From contig JAJLKH010000096.1 of NCBI GenBank assembly GCA_033839205.1, forward strand, positions 12,510 to 76,509: DNA of 64,000 bases, written 5' to 3'. Under the pieces are notes generated by a model. That model worked only from the letters and a program-made list of their open reading frames with translations. It searched no databases and was not told where the DNA came from. The number at the start of each line of letters is the position of its first letter. Within the stretch, counting starts at the first letter, position 1. Origin of the DNA: Rhodobacterales bacterium (lineage in GTDB: Bacteria; Pseudomonadota; Alphaproteobacteria; Rhodobacterales; Rhodobacteraceae). Position numbers and translations under genes: made by a program. Positions 30,977-40,235 of this stretch are shown here, one piece after another.

Positions 30977-33229
30977 ATGAGCCAGCTTCCCACAAAGACC
31001 GAGATCCTGAACTGGATCGCGGATCATCCGACCCTCACCGCGAAACGCGATATCGCCAAGGCCTTCGGGATCAAGGGCGCGGCGCGGATCGATCTGAAGC
31101 GCATCCTCAAGGAGCTTGAGGATGAGGGTCATCTTGAGAAGCGCAAGAAAACCTATCGCGACCCGGATCGCCTGCCTCCCGTCAGCATCGTGCAGGTTGG
31201 CCCGCCCAATGCCGAAGGCGACATGACCGCCCGCCCGCTGGAATGGACCGGCGACGGCCCCGAGCCGCGCATCCTGATGATCGCGCGCGCCACCGACCCG
31301 GCGCTTGGCGAAGGCGACCGCATCCTTGCGCGTCTGACCGAAGTCCGCGGACAGACCCATCATTACGAGGGCCGGCTGATCCGCCGCATCGGGACCAATC
31401 CGGCCCGGGTTCTGGGGGTATTTCGCAAGACATCCGAAGGCGGGCGCATCCTGCCCATCGACAAGGGCGACGGCAAGGAATGGCAGGTGCCCGAAGGGGC
31501 CACCGGCGGCGCAAAGGATGGCGAACTGGTCGAGGCGGAACAGGCCGGACCAAAGGCCCGGATGGGCCTGCCGCGCGCGCGGATCATCAACCGGCTGGGC
31601 GATCCATCCGCGCCCAAGGCGGTTTCGCTGATCGCGATCCACCAGCACGGCATTCCCGACGATTTCCCCGACGAGGTGATAGCCGAGGCGGACAGCATGA
31701 AACCCGCGGGCCTGTCGGGGCGCGAGGACATGCGCGACATGCCCCTGATCACGATTGATCCCTGGGATGCGCGCGACCACGACGATGCCTGCTGGGCCCA
31801 TGCCGACGACGATCCCGCCAATCCCGGCGGTCATGTGATCTGGGTCGCCATCGCCGATGTGGCGCATTACGTGCATCCCGGATCCGCGCTGGACATCGAG
31901 GCGCGCAAGCGCGGCAATTCCAGCTATTTCCCGGACCGCGTGGTGCCGATGCTGCCCGACCGGCTGTCGGGCGATCTGTGCTCGTTGCACGAAGGTGTGC
32001 CGCGCGCCTGCATTGCGGTGCGCATGCAGGTGGACGCGGAAGGCCAGAAGATAGGCCATCGGTTCGTGCGCGGGCTGATGCGTTCTGTCGCCTCGCTGAA
32101 CTACCGCGAGGTGCAGGAGGCGCGTGACGGGACCCCGAACGAGAAATGCGCGCCGCTGATGGACCTGGTGATCAACCCGCTTTACGCCGCCTATGACGCG
32201 CTGGTGAAGGCGCGCACGCGTCGTCAGCCGCTGGACCTGGACCTGCCCGAGCGCAAGGTGATCCTGTCGGAAGAGGGCAAGGTGACATCGGTCAACTTCG
32301 CAGAACGTCTGGACGCGCACCGCCTGATCGAGGAATTCATGGTGCTGGCCAATGTCGCCGCCGCCGAGACCCTGATCGCGCGCCGCTCGCCCCTGCTGTT
32401 CCGGGTGCACGAGGAACCCAGCCCCGAAAAACTGGAGGCGCTGCGCGATACGGCCGAGGCGGCCGGTCTTGTGCTGGCCAAGGGGCAGGTGTTGAAGACC
32501 GCGCATCTGAACGCGCTTCTGGCGCAGGCCGAAGGCACGGATCATGACGAGCTGATCAACATCTCGACCCTGCGCGCGATGACCCAGGCCTATTACAGCC
32601 CGTCGAACTTTGGTCATTTCGGGCTGGCCTTGCAGGCCTATGCGCATTTCACCTCGCCCATTCGGCGCTATTCGGACCTGGTGGTGCACCGGGCGCTGAT
32701 CTCGGCGCATAAATGGGGCGATGACGGGCTGAGCCATCACGAGATCGACCGGCTGGAAGCGACCGCCCAGCATATCAGCGAAACCGAGCGGCGATCGATG
32801 ATGGCCGAGAGGGACACGAACGATCGCTACCTGGCGGCTTTCCTGTCGGACCGCCTGGGTGCGGAATTCACGGGGCGGATCAGCGGTATCGCCAAGTTCG
32901 GCGCCTTCGTGAAACTGGATGAAACGGGTGCCGACGGGCTGATCCCGATCCGGTCGCTGGGCAGTGAATATTTCCATTTCGACCGCGACGCCGGCACGCT
33001 GATGGGATCGAACACCGGCCTGACCATCGGTCTGGGCCAACGCGTCAGGGTGAAGTTGACCGAGGCCGCCCCGGTGACCGGTGGCATCGCGCTGGAACTG
33101 ATCAGCATCGAGGGTCGCGATATGCCCAAGGGTCCGCCTGCGTCACGCGGCAAGCCGCCGAAACGCGCCTTGGGCAAGGCAAAACACAAGGCCGCCAAGC
33201 TGAAACGCAAGGCGGATCGGCGCCGCTGA
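30977..33229 (+). CDS. rnr: Ribonuclease R
   Basis: It has an RNB catalytic domain (HFGLALQAYAHFTSPIRRYSDLVVHR), a C-terminal S1 domain and a Lys/Arg-rich tail. Confidence 0.92.
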   Translation: MSQLPTKTEILNWIADHPTLTAKRDIAKAFGIKGAARIDLKRILKELEDEGHLEKRKKTYRDPDRLPPVSIVQVGPPNAEGDMTARPLEWTGDGPEPRILMIARATDPALGEGDRILARLTEVRGQTHHYEGRLIRRIGTNPARVLGVFRKTSEGGRILPIDKGDGKEWQVPEGATGGAKDGELVEAEQAGPKARMGLPRARIINRLGDPSAPKAVSLIAIHQHGIPDDFPDEVIAEADSMKPAGLSGREDMRDMPLITIDPWDARDHDDACWAHADDDPANPGGHVIWVAIADVAHYVHPGSALDIEARKRGNSSYFPDRVVPMLPDRLSGDLCSLHEGVPRACIAVRMQVDAEGQKIGHRFVRGLMRSVASLNYREVQEARDGTPNEKCAPLMDLVINPLYAAYDALVKARTRRQPLDLDLPERKVILSEEGKVTSVNFAERLDAHRLIEEFMVLANVAAAETLIARRSPLLFRVHEEPSPEKLEALRDTAEAAGLVLAKGQVLKTAHLNALLAQAEGTDHDELINISTLRAMTQAYYSPSNFGHFGLALQAYAHFTSPIRRYSDLVVHRALISAHKWGDDGLSHHEIDRLEATAQHISETERRSMMAERDTNDRYLAAFLSDRLGAEFTGRISGIAKFGAFVKLDETGADGLIPIRSLGSEYFHFDRDAGTLMGSNTGLTIGLGQRVRVKLTEAAPVTGGIALELISIEGRDMPKGPPASRGKPPKRALGKAKHKAAKLKRKADRRR

Positions 33230-33356
33230 GCGCGGGGCGCATCCGCCATAGGCGGAACCCTGCGGCAGCGGTGCGCGTCATGACAGAACGCTTTTGCAAA
33301 CACCGCGCTTGCGCTACCATTGTGAAAAATGACCAAGCACAAGCGAGGCCGGGCAC

Positions 33357-34649
33357 ATGAGCAAAGCATTCCTGATTCCACTGTCAGCGGTGATCCTGAT
33401 GACAAATTCCGCATGCGCGGGACCGGTTGAACGGTCGCTGCGCCCAGAGGCGCGGCCATCGGCCCTGTCGACCGTGCAAAGGGCCGCTGCCCCGGCGACA
33501 CTGGCGCCTGCCGTCTCGGCCGAAACAAGGGCAGGCTTCGAACGCTGGGCCGCAGGGTTCCGTAGCCGCGCGGCGGCCAAGGGGATACGGCCGGATGTGC
33601 TGCAACGCGCCTTCGCGGGCATCGGCTATGACCCCGCGGTGATCGAGAGGGACCGCAACCAGGCAGAGTTCACCCGTCAGATCTGGGACTATCTTGACAG
33701 CGCCGCCTCGCCCGTGCGGGTCGAGAATGGGCGCGCCGCGCTGCAGAAGCACCGCCGCGCCTTGCAGGCCATCGAGGACCGTTTCGGTGTCGAGAAAGAG
33801 GTCGTCACCGCGGTCTGGGGTCTGGAAAGCGCCTATGGCGAACGGCGCGGCACGATGGATGTGATCCAGTCGCTGGCGACACTGGCCCATGACGGGCGGC
33901 GCGGCGCGTTTTTCGAGTCGCAGTTGATCGCGGCGCTTCAGATCATCCAGGCGGGCGATGTGGACCCGCGCAGCATGACCGGCAGCTGGGCGGGGGCCAT
34001 GGGTCATACCCAGTTCATCCCGACATCCTACCTGGCCTATGCGGTGGACTTCACCGGCGACGGCAAGCGCGACATCTGGTCGGATGATCCGACGGATGCG
34101 CTGGCCTCGACCGCTGCATACCTGAAGCGGTTCGGCTGGACCAAGGGGCAGCCGTGGGGCGTCGAAGTGCGCCTGCCCGCCGGGTTCAACGCAGGGCTGG
34201 CCAAGCGCGACATCAAGCGCGCGCCCTCGGACTGGGCCGCGATGGGTGTGACCGACATGAACGGGCGCGCGGTGCCGAACCATGGTGCGGCGTCGATCCT
34301 GCTGCCTGCGGGCACGGCGGGCGCGGCCTTCATGATCTTCGACAATTTCGCCGTGATCGAGCGTTACAACAAGGCCGATGCCTATGTGATCGGGGTCGGC
34401 CATCTGTCCGACCGCATCAAGGGCGGTCCCGAGATCCAGACACCCTGGCCGCGCGGTTACACACCGCTGTCTTTTGAAGAGCGGATGGAGATGCAGCAGC
34501 GCCTTCAGGCGCGTGGTTTCGGGATCGAGAAGATCGACGGGATCATCGGGCCCAACACGACCGAGGCGATCCGCGCCTTCCAGCGGTCGGTCGGCGTGCA
34601 ACCTGACGGCTTTCCCAGCCAGGATGTTCTGGCCCTGCTCAAGCGCTGA
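33357..34649 (+). CDS. Lytic murein transglycosylase (MltB/SLT_2 type) with a C-terminal peptidoglycan-binding domain
   Basis: It has a signal/lipobox-like N-terminus (LMTNSAC), the motifs VWGLESAYG and GHTQFIP, and a PG_binding_1-like IDGIIGPNTTEAIRAFQ. Confidence 0.88.
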   Translation: MSKAFLIPLSAVILMTNSACAGPVERSLRPEARPSALSTVQRAAAPATLAPAVSAETRAGFERWAAGFRSRAAAKGIRPDVLQRAFAGIGYDPAVIERDRNQAEFTRQIWDYLDSAASPVRVENGRAALQKHRRALQAIEDRFGVEKEVVTAVWGLESAYGERRGTMDVIQSLATLAHDGRRGAFFESQLIAALQIIQAGDVDPRSMTGSWAGAMGHTQFIPTSYLAYAVDFTGDGKRDIWSDDPTDALASTAAYLKRFGWTKGQPWGVEVRLPAGFNAGLAKRDIKRAPSDWAAMGVTDMNGRAVPNHGAASILLPAGTAGAAFMIFDNFAVIERYNKADAYVIGVGHLSDRIKGGPEIQTPWPRGYTPLSFEERMEMQQRLQARGFGIEKIDGIIGPNTTEAIRAFQRSVGVQPDGFPSQDVLALLKR

Positions 34650-34763
34650 TCGGGCGCCCTTGGGACGGTGGCGCCCCGGCGCCCCCGTCGCCTGAGTATC
34701 TCAGGCAAGATGAAGCGCGGGCGTCAATTTGCTTGCGCGGCGGGGTGGTCGTGGGTGTAGCCT

Positions 34764-35789
34764 GTGGCCATGCCACGCAAGAACCCCTATCGCCCCTTTA
34801 CCCCGGATCCCGCGCAGATGGCGCTGGCGCCCCTCGTGTCGGGCAATGCGATCAACGGGCTGGGCGAAACTGAACCGCGCGCCGCGCGCATGGTCTATTG
34901 GGCGCCAAACCCCGACGACATCCCCCATGGCGCGATGCAGCGCTGGTTCTACACTGTCGACCCCGGTTCGCCGCCCATTGTGGCCGCGCGCGCCGAGCGG
35001 CAGATCATCCTGAACGCGCCCTTGGCCGATCTGGTGCCTGAGCCTGTGGAACGCGATCCCGAAGCATGGACCGCATCCTTGGCACGGTTCGTCGTGGAAG
35101 GGATTTGCGAGAAAACCGGCGTGGCCGTGATGGACCCTGCTTGGGTTTACGAGGGGCAGAGCATTGCGCAATCACGGGTGATCGTGCTTGGCGTGCAGCA
35201 TGATTTCGACGCGATCAGCGCCGCGCCCGAAGCCGTGGCGGGTGGCGAGGTGATCCGCCAATATGGTCGCGCGGCGGGTGCTGCCAAGGCGGTGGCAAGC
35301 TGGCTGCGCCAGCAAGGATGGGAGGCAGAGCCGGTGACGGGGCCGATGGCGGGCAAGCTGTTGCTGATCCCGCCCGCGCTGGCCTGCGGTTTCGGCGAAT
35401 TGGGCAAGCACGGGTCGATCATCGACGCCGAAATGGGATCGTCCTTCCGGCTGTCGGCGGTGCTGACCGATGCGCCCTTCGCCCCGACCCCGCCGGAAAA
35501 CCATGGCATCGACGATTTCTGCGCCAGTTGCCGCATCTGCGAGGATGCCTGCCCGCCGATGGCCATATCCCAGGACAAGCAGACCGTGCGCGGGGTGGAA
35601 AAGTGGTATGTGGATTTCGACCGCTGTCTGCCCTTTTTCAACCAGACCAACGGCTGCGCGATCTGCATCGCCGTCTGCCCCTGGTCGCGCCCCGGTGTTG
35701 GCCTTAACCTTGCGGCAAAGCTGGCCCGCCGCGCGGCGCGGGTGCAGGGGTCAGCAGCGGACGCAGCAACGCCAGGGGATGCGCCCTAA
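34764..35789 (+). CDS. 4Fe-4S dicluster protein (epoxyqueuosine reductase / reductive-dehalogenase-like)
   Basis: Two ferredoxin-type clusters are present: CASCRICEDACP and CAICIAVCP. An alternative ATG lies at 34770. The 3' end overlaps the convergent dnaE2 by 86 nt. Confidence 0.7.
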   Translation: MAMPRKNPYRPFTPDPAQMALAPLVSGNAINGLGETEPRAARMVYWAPNPDDIPHGAMQRWFYTVDPGSPPIVAARAERQIILNAPLADLVPEPVERDPEAWTASLARFVVEGICEKTGVAVMDPAWVYEGQSIAQSRVIVLGVQHDFDAISAAPEAVAGGEVIRQYGRAAGAAKAVASWLRQQGWEAEPVTGPMAGKLLLIPPALACGFGELGKHGSIIDAEMGSSFRLSAVLTDAPFAPTPPENHGIDDFCASCRICEDACPPMAISQDKQTVRGVEKWYVDFDRCLPFFNQTNGCAICIAVCPWSRPGVGLNLAAKLARRAARVQGSAADAATPGDAP

Positions 35790-38631
35790 GCGACAGGCGC
35801 ATGGCGACGTAATCCTCGACCACTTCCTCGCCCAGGGTCATCTGCGGCAGATGGGCGGCGGGTTCGACGATCCCCTCGCCGTCCATATCCAGCGCAAAGA
35901 GTGGCAGGGGCGCATCGGCGGTCAGGGCCTTGGCCTCCCACAGCGCCTGGCGGCGGGTCAGACCCAGGTTTGCAAAGGCATCCGCCTCGGCCAGCCGGGC
36001 CACCACGGCGGGGGCCAGGCCCGCACGACGCCAGACATCGGCAACCGACAGATAGCCGTTGCCGCGCGCCGCCGACAGCCATGCGGCATCATCCTCGCGC
36101 AGGCCCTTGACCTGGCGAAAACCCAGACGCAGGGCCAGCCCGCCCATCCCGTCGGGTTCCATCACGTTGTCCCAATAGCTGTGGTTCACGCAAACGGGGC
36201 GCACCTGCACGCCATGTTCGCGCGCATCGCGGATGATCTGCGCGGGCGCATAAAAGCCCATGGGCTGCGCGTTCAGGAGCGCACAGGCGAAGATACCGGG
36301 GTGATGACACTTGAGCCAGGCCGAGGCATAGACCAGAAGCGCGAAACTGGCCGCGTGGCTTTCGGGAAAGCCGTAGCTGCCAAAACCCTCGATCTGGCTG
36401 AAGCAGCGTTCGGCAAAGTCCATGTCATAGCCGTTGCGCGCCATGCCACGCAGGAACCGCGTGCGGAATTCCGACACGTTGCCATGTTTCTTGAAGGTGG
36501 CCAGCGACCGGCGCAGCCTGTCGGCCTCGTCGGGGGTAAAACCCGCGCCGATGATGGCGATCTGCATCGCCTGTTCCTGAAAAAGCGGCACGCCCAGCGT
36601 CTTGGCCAGCACATCGCCCAGCGCGTCCGAGGGAAACTCCATCCTCTCCTCGCCATTGCGGCGGCGCAGGTAGGGATGGACCATGTCGCCCTGGATCGGG
36701 CCGGGGCGCACGATCGCCACCTCGATCACCAGGTCGTAGAAGCAGCGTGGCTTCATCCGGGGCAGGAAGTTCATTTGCGCGCGGCTTTCCACCTGGAACA
36801 CGCCCACGGAATCGGCGCGGCACAGCATGTCATAGACGCGCGGATCCTCGGGCGGCAGGGTCGCCAGCCGGTGCCTTGTGCCGTGATGCTGTGCGATCAG
36901 GTCGAAAGCCTTGCGGATACAGGTCAGCATGCCGAGGCTGAGAATATCGACCTTGAGGATGCCCAGCGTATCGATATCGTCCTTGTCCCAGCAGATCACC
37001 GTGCGCCCTTCCATCGCGGCATTCTCGATGGGCACAAGTTCGTCCAGCCGGCCTTCGGTGATAATGAAACCGCCGACATGCTGGCTGAGGTGGCGGGGAA
37101 AGCCCACGATCTCGTGGATCAGGGCCATGGTGCGCGCCAGCCGCGGCTCGGAGGGATCAAGGCCGATCTCGCGCAGGCGGGCATCCTCGGTGCCCGACAT
37201 GCCGTAGAACCCCCAAAGCTGCGAACTGAGGGCGGCCACGGTATCCTGCGACAGGCCCATCGCGGCGCCCACCTCGCGGATGGCGCGCTTGCCACGGTAA
37301 TGGATCACGGTGGCGCAAAGCCCGGCACGGTGGCGGCCGTAGCGGTCATAGATATGCTGGATCACCTCTTCGCGGCGTTCATGTTCGAAATCGACGTCGA
37401 TATCGGGCGGCTCGTCGCGGGCCTCGGACACGAAACGCTCGAAGACCATGGTGCCGATTTCAGGACTGACCGAGGTGACGCCCAGACAATAGCAGACCAC
37501 CGAATTTGCCGCCGATCCGCGCCCCTGGCACAGGATGCCGCGCCCGCGCGCGAAATCGACGATGTCATGCACGGTCAGGAAATAGGGTTCATATTTCAGC
37601 CTGGTGATCAGGGTCAGCTCGTGTTCGAGCATGGCGCGCACGCGATCCGGCGCACCTTCGGGATAGCGCCAGTTCAGCCCGGCCAGGGCCAGGCGGCGCA
37701 GGCGGGCGGCGGCGGTTTCATTGCCTGTCACCTCGGACGGATATTCATAGCGCAATTCATCCAGCGAGAATGAGAGCCGCCCCGCCAGCGCACCGGCCCG
37801 GTCCACCGCATCGGCATGGGGGCCGAAAAGGCGGCGCATCTCGGGTTCCGCGCGCAGGCGCTGTTCGCCATTGGCCAGCGCCGCGCGGCCCAGCCGATCG
37901 ACCGTGGTGCCGGTGCGGATCGCGGTCAGCACATCGGCCATCTGGCGGCGGCGCCCCTCGTGCATCAGGGGCTTGGCCGAGGCCAGCGTGGGAACGCCCA
38001 GATCGGCGGCCAGCCTTGCCAGACGATCAAAGCGGGTTCGATCCTGCCCGTCATAGCGGGGGGCCATGACAAGATGCATCTGGCAGGCCAAGCGGCGCGT
38101 CAGCCCGCGCGCCAGCGGCAGCCAGTCACCCGCGCCGCTGTCAGGCGTGGCCTTGTGTGGCGGGTGCAACAGGAATTGCAGCCCATCGGTCTGCCCCTCA
38201 AGGTCGGTCAGGCGCAGATCACAGCCCCCCTTGGGCGCGCGGCGGCGGCCCAGCGTCAGCAAGCGGCACAGATGCGCCCAGCCGGTCCGGTTTTCCGGCA
38301 GCGCGGTCAGCACCACCCCTTCGGCCAGATGCAACGTGGCAGCGGGGATCAGACGGGGGCAGGTGAACCGCGGACCCTGGTCATCGGGGCCGCGCGTGGG
38401 ATCGGGTGGGCCGATCAGACCGTGCTGCGCCTGATGCGCCTGCCGTTCGGCAACCTGCCGCGCAATCTCGCGCGCGGATGCGTGGGCGCGCACGATCCCG
38501 GCCACGGAATTCACATCGGCAATCGCGATGGCCGCGATGCCCAGGCTGGCGGCACGCTGCATGAACTCCTCAGGGTGGGACGCCCCGGTGAGAAAGGTAA
38601 AATTCGAGGTGATGCATAGCTCTGCAAACAT
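35704..38631 (-). CDS. dnaE2: Error-prone DNA polymerase DnaE2 (ImuC), apparently lacking the C-terminal OB-fold region
   Basis: It has a PHP N-terminus (AELCITSNFTFLTGASHPEEF) and Pol III alpha core motifs (GRGSAANSVVCYCLGVT). At 975 aa, it ends shortly after HPLALLRP with a non-homologous Pro/Ala tail. Confidence 0.8.
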   Translation of the reverse strand: MFAELCITSNFTFLTGASHPEEFMQRAASLGIAAIAIADVNSVAGIVRAHASAREIARQVAERQAHQAQHGLIGPPDPTRGPDDQGPRFTCPRLIPAATLHLAEGVVLTALPENRTGWAHLCRLLTLGRRRAPKGGCDLRLTDLEGQTDGLQFLLHPPHKATPDSGAGDWLPLARGLTRRLACQMHLVMAPRYDGQDRTRFDRLARLAADLGVPTLASAKPLMHEGRRRQMADVLTAIRTGTTVDRLGRAALANGEQRLRAEPEMRRLFGPHADAVDRAGALAGRLSFSLDELRYEYPSEVTGNETAAARLRRLALAGLNWRYPEGAPDRVRAMLEHELTLITRLKYEPYFLTVHDIVDFARGRGILCQGRGSAANSVVCYCLGVTSVSPEIGTMVFERFVSEARDEPPDIDVDFEHERREEVIQHIYDRYGRHRAGLCATVIHYRGKRAIREVGAAMGLSQDTVAALSSQLWGFYGMSGTEDARLREIGLDPSEPRLARTMALIHEIVGFPRHLSQHVGGFIITEGRLDELVPIENAAMEGRTVICWDKDDIDTLGILKVDILSLGMLTCIRKAFDLIAQHHGTRHRLATLPPEDPRVYDMLCRADSVGVFQVESRAQMNFLPRMKPRCFYDLVIEVAIVRPGPIQGDMVHPYLRRRNGEERMEFPSDALGDVLAKTLGVPLFQEQAMQIAIIGAGFTPDEADRLRRSLATFKKHGNVSEFRTRFLRGMARNGYDMDFAERCFSQIEGFGSYGFPESHAASFALLVYASAWLKCHHPGIFACALLNAQPMGFYAPAQIIRDAREHGVQVRPVCVNHSYWDNVMEPDGMGGLALRLGFRQVKGLREDDAAWLSAARGNGYLSVADVWRRAGLAPAVVARLAEADAFANLGLTRRQALWEAKALTADAPLPLFALDMDGEGIVEPAAHLPQMTLGEEVVEDYVAMRLSLRAHPLALLRPLLTPAPAPRGGPALPQG

Positions 38632-38646
38632 GGCATGTCAGAGTAT

Positions 38647-38661
38647 ATTCACGTTTTGTTC
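38647..38661 (-). promoter_or_regulatory. Candidate alphaproteobacterial LexA (SOS) box, GAAC-N7-GAAT on the gene strand
   Basis: The plus strand reads ATTCACGTTTTGTTC. This has one mismatch to GAAC-N7-GAAC and lies 16-30 nt upstream of the dnaE2 ATG, in an AT-rich spacer. Confidence 0.35.
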
Positions 38662-38740
38662 TTTTTCGAGTCCTATCATCGAATAGATCTGCGGCAGATG
38701 GCGCAGATGGTTTTTCAGGAACGATGAGGGGGATGGCGTG

Positions 38741-39601
38741 TCAGGCTGTGGGGCGCAGGCGCATCATGAGATAGATGTTGAACCGCGCAAAATTCTCGCG
38801 GTTGCGCATCTGCTGGTTCAGGCGCTGATCAAGGCGTGCACGCTTGCGTTCGCTGACCAAGGCGCGGATCGCGCGGTGCAGCACCCAGCGCAGGCGCGGC
38901 CTGTGGCGCGCAAGATCCTGATCAACGCGGGCCAGACCATAGCCGAAGACGTTGAAGAGGCCCTGTTCGATCTCGACCGAGGGGGCGGCGGACAGGGTCA
39001 CGTCCTCTTCGCTGATCACCTCGAGCGGGAGGGCGGCCAGCGTGTCGCGGAAGGCGGCGATGCGGTGTCCACCCCCAACAGGGGCCAGCATCCGGTCGCC
39101 GGTATATTCCGGGCTGCGGAAGCAATCTGCGACGATGATCTCGCCCCCGGGCGCCAGCAGCTCAAGGCATTTGGGCAGGCCCTGATCCAGAGGAATATAC
39201 TGAAAGCTTTCCGAAAAAAGGCAGATGTCGAAGCTGGCCGGCTCGGCCTGAAAATCCTCGAACATGCATTCATGCACGCGGGCGGCGGGTGCATTGGCGC
39301 GGCAGCGCCCGGCAAGGAAGGGGCTGGGCACAACGATATCCACGGAATGGCCAAGGGCCAGCAGCTTTTTCGCGGTTTCGCCCGCGCCGCCGCCGATATC
39401 AAGAATACGGCAAGGACGATCGGGCAGCAGTGCGAACAGCCGGTCTGTATAGGCTTCTTGCGCGGTACGCAGGTTGGCGGCGCTGACATCCAGCCCGTCC
39501 CACAGGCCGTAGTGCAGATTTTCAGCCCCGGTCAGCCATTTGGTGAATGCCAGCCCGACATCAAGGCCGATGGCCTGCGTGTTGATCTTATCCTGTCCCA
39601 T
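38741..39601 (-). CDS. Class I SAM-dependent methyltransferase
   Basis: SAM motif I is present (ILDIGGGAGETA). 286 aa. Confidence 0.8.
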   Translation of the reverse strand: MGQDKINTQAIGLDVGLAFTKWLTGAENLHYGLWDGLDVSAANLRTAQEAYTDRLFALLPDRPCRILDIGGGAGETAKKLLALGHSVDIVVPSPFLAGRCRANAPAARVHECMFEDFQAEPASFDICLFSESFQYIPLDQGLPKCLELLAPGGEIIVADCFRSPEYTGDRMLAPVGGGHRIAAFRDTLAALPLEVISEEDVTLSAAPSVEIEQGLFNVFGYGLARVDQDLARHRPRLRWVLHRAIRALVSERKRARLDQRLNQQMRNRENFARFNIYLMMRLRPTA

Positions 39602-39683
39602 AGGGCGCAGTTAGACGAAACCCGGCCATCTGGGAAGCATGTTTCGGCAGGGCCCGTGTGATTGTGCCGGGTCCGTGGCGCAA

Positions 39684-40172
39684 TCAGATCAAGGGTTCGA
39701 ATTCAGCCAGAACACGGGCATAGACCTCGCGCTTGAAGGGGACGATGTGATCCACCAGATCCGAAGGGTCAAGCCAGCGCCATTCGGAGAATTCAGGATG
39801 GCTGGTCAGTATGTCGACCTGATCGTCACTGCCATGAAAACGCATCAGAAACCATTTCTGGCGCTGTCCCCGGAACTGGCCCTGCCAGATGCGCGGCACG
39901 ATCTCGTGCGGCAGATCATAGGGGATCCAGTCAGCGGTTTCGGCAACGACCGTCACAAGATCAGGCGTCACGCCGGTTTCTTCCCAAAGCTCGCGCAAGG
40001 CGGCCTCGCGCGGTTCCTCGCCCTGATCGATGCCGCCCTGGGGCATCTGCCAGGCAGGGGTGTCATTGTCCAGGCGCTGCCCCACGAAGACCTGACCATG
40101 CGCATTGGCAAGCATCACGCCCACACAGGGGCGGTAAGGCAGGCGGGCGATCTCTTCGGGGGTCTGTGCCAT
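39684..40172 (-). CDS. rppH: RNA pyrophosphohydrolase
   Basis: A Nudix box is present ([23 protein letters not shown]). The N-terminus is RppH-like (YRPCVGVML). Confidence 0.9.
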   Translation of the reverse strand: MAQTPEEIARLPYRPCVGVMLANAHGQVFVGQRLDNDTPAWQMPQGGIDQGEEPREAALRELWEETGVTPDLVTVVAETADWIPYDLPHEIVPRIWQGQFRGQRQKWFLMRFHGSDDQVDILTSHPEFSEWRWLDPSDLVDHIVPFKREVYARVLAEFEPLI

Positions 40173-40235
40173 GGTGTGCAGTTCCGGTTGTACTTGGCGC
40201 CCCGCAGCCCGAAAGATGCGGGGCGCCCTGATTGA

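Noticed and set aside
30896-33040. 714-aa minus-strand ORF antisense to rnr
   Set aside because: This is a shadow ORF of a GC-rich gene. RNase R on the plus strand has clear RNB and S1 motifs.
35470-37773. 767-aa plus-strand ORF antisense to dnaE2
   Set aside because: This is a shadow ORF with low-complexity Arg/Gly/His/Ala composition. The opposite strand encodes unmistakable Pol III alpha motifs.
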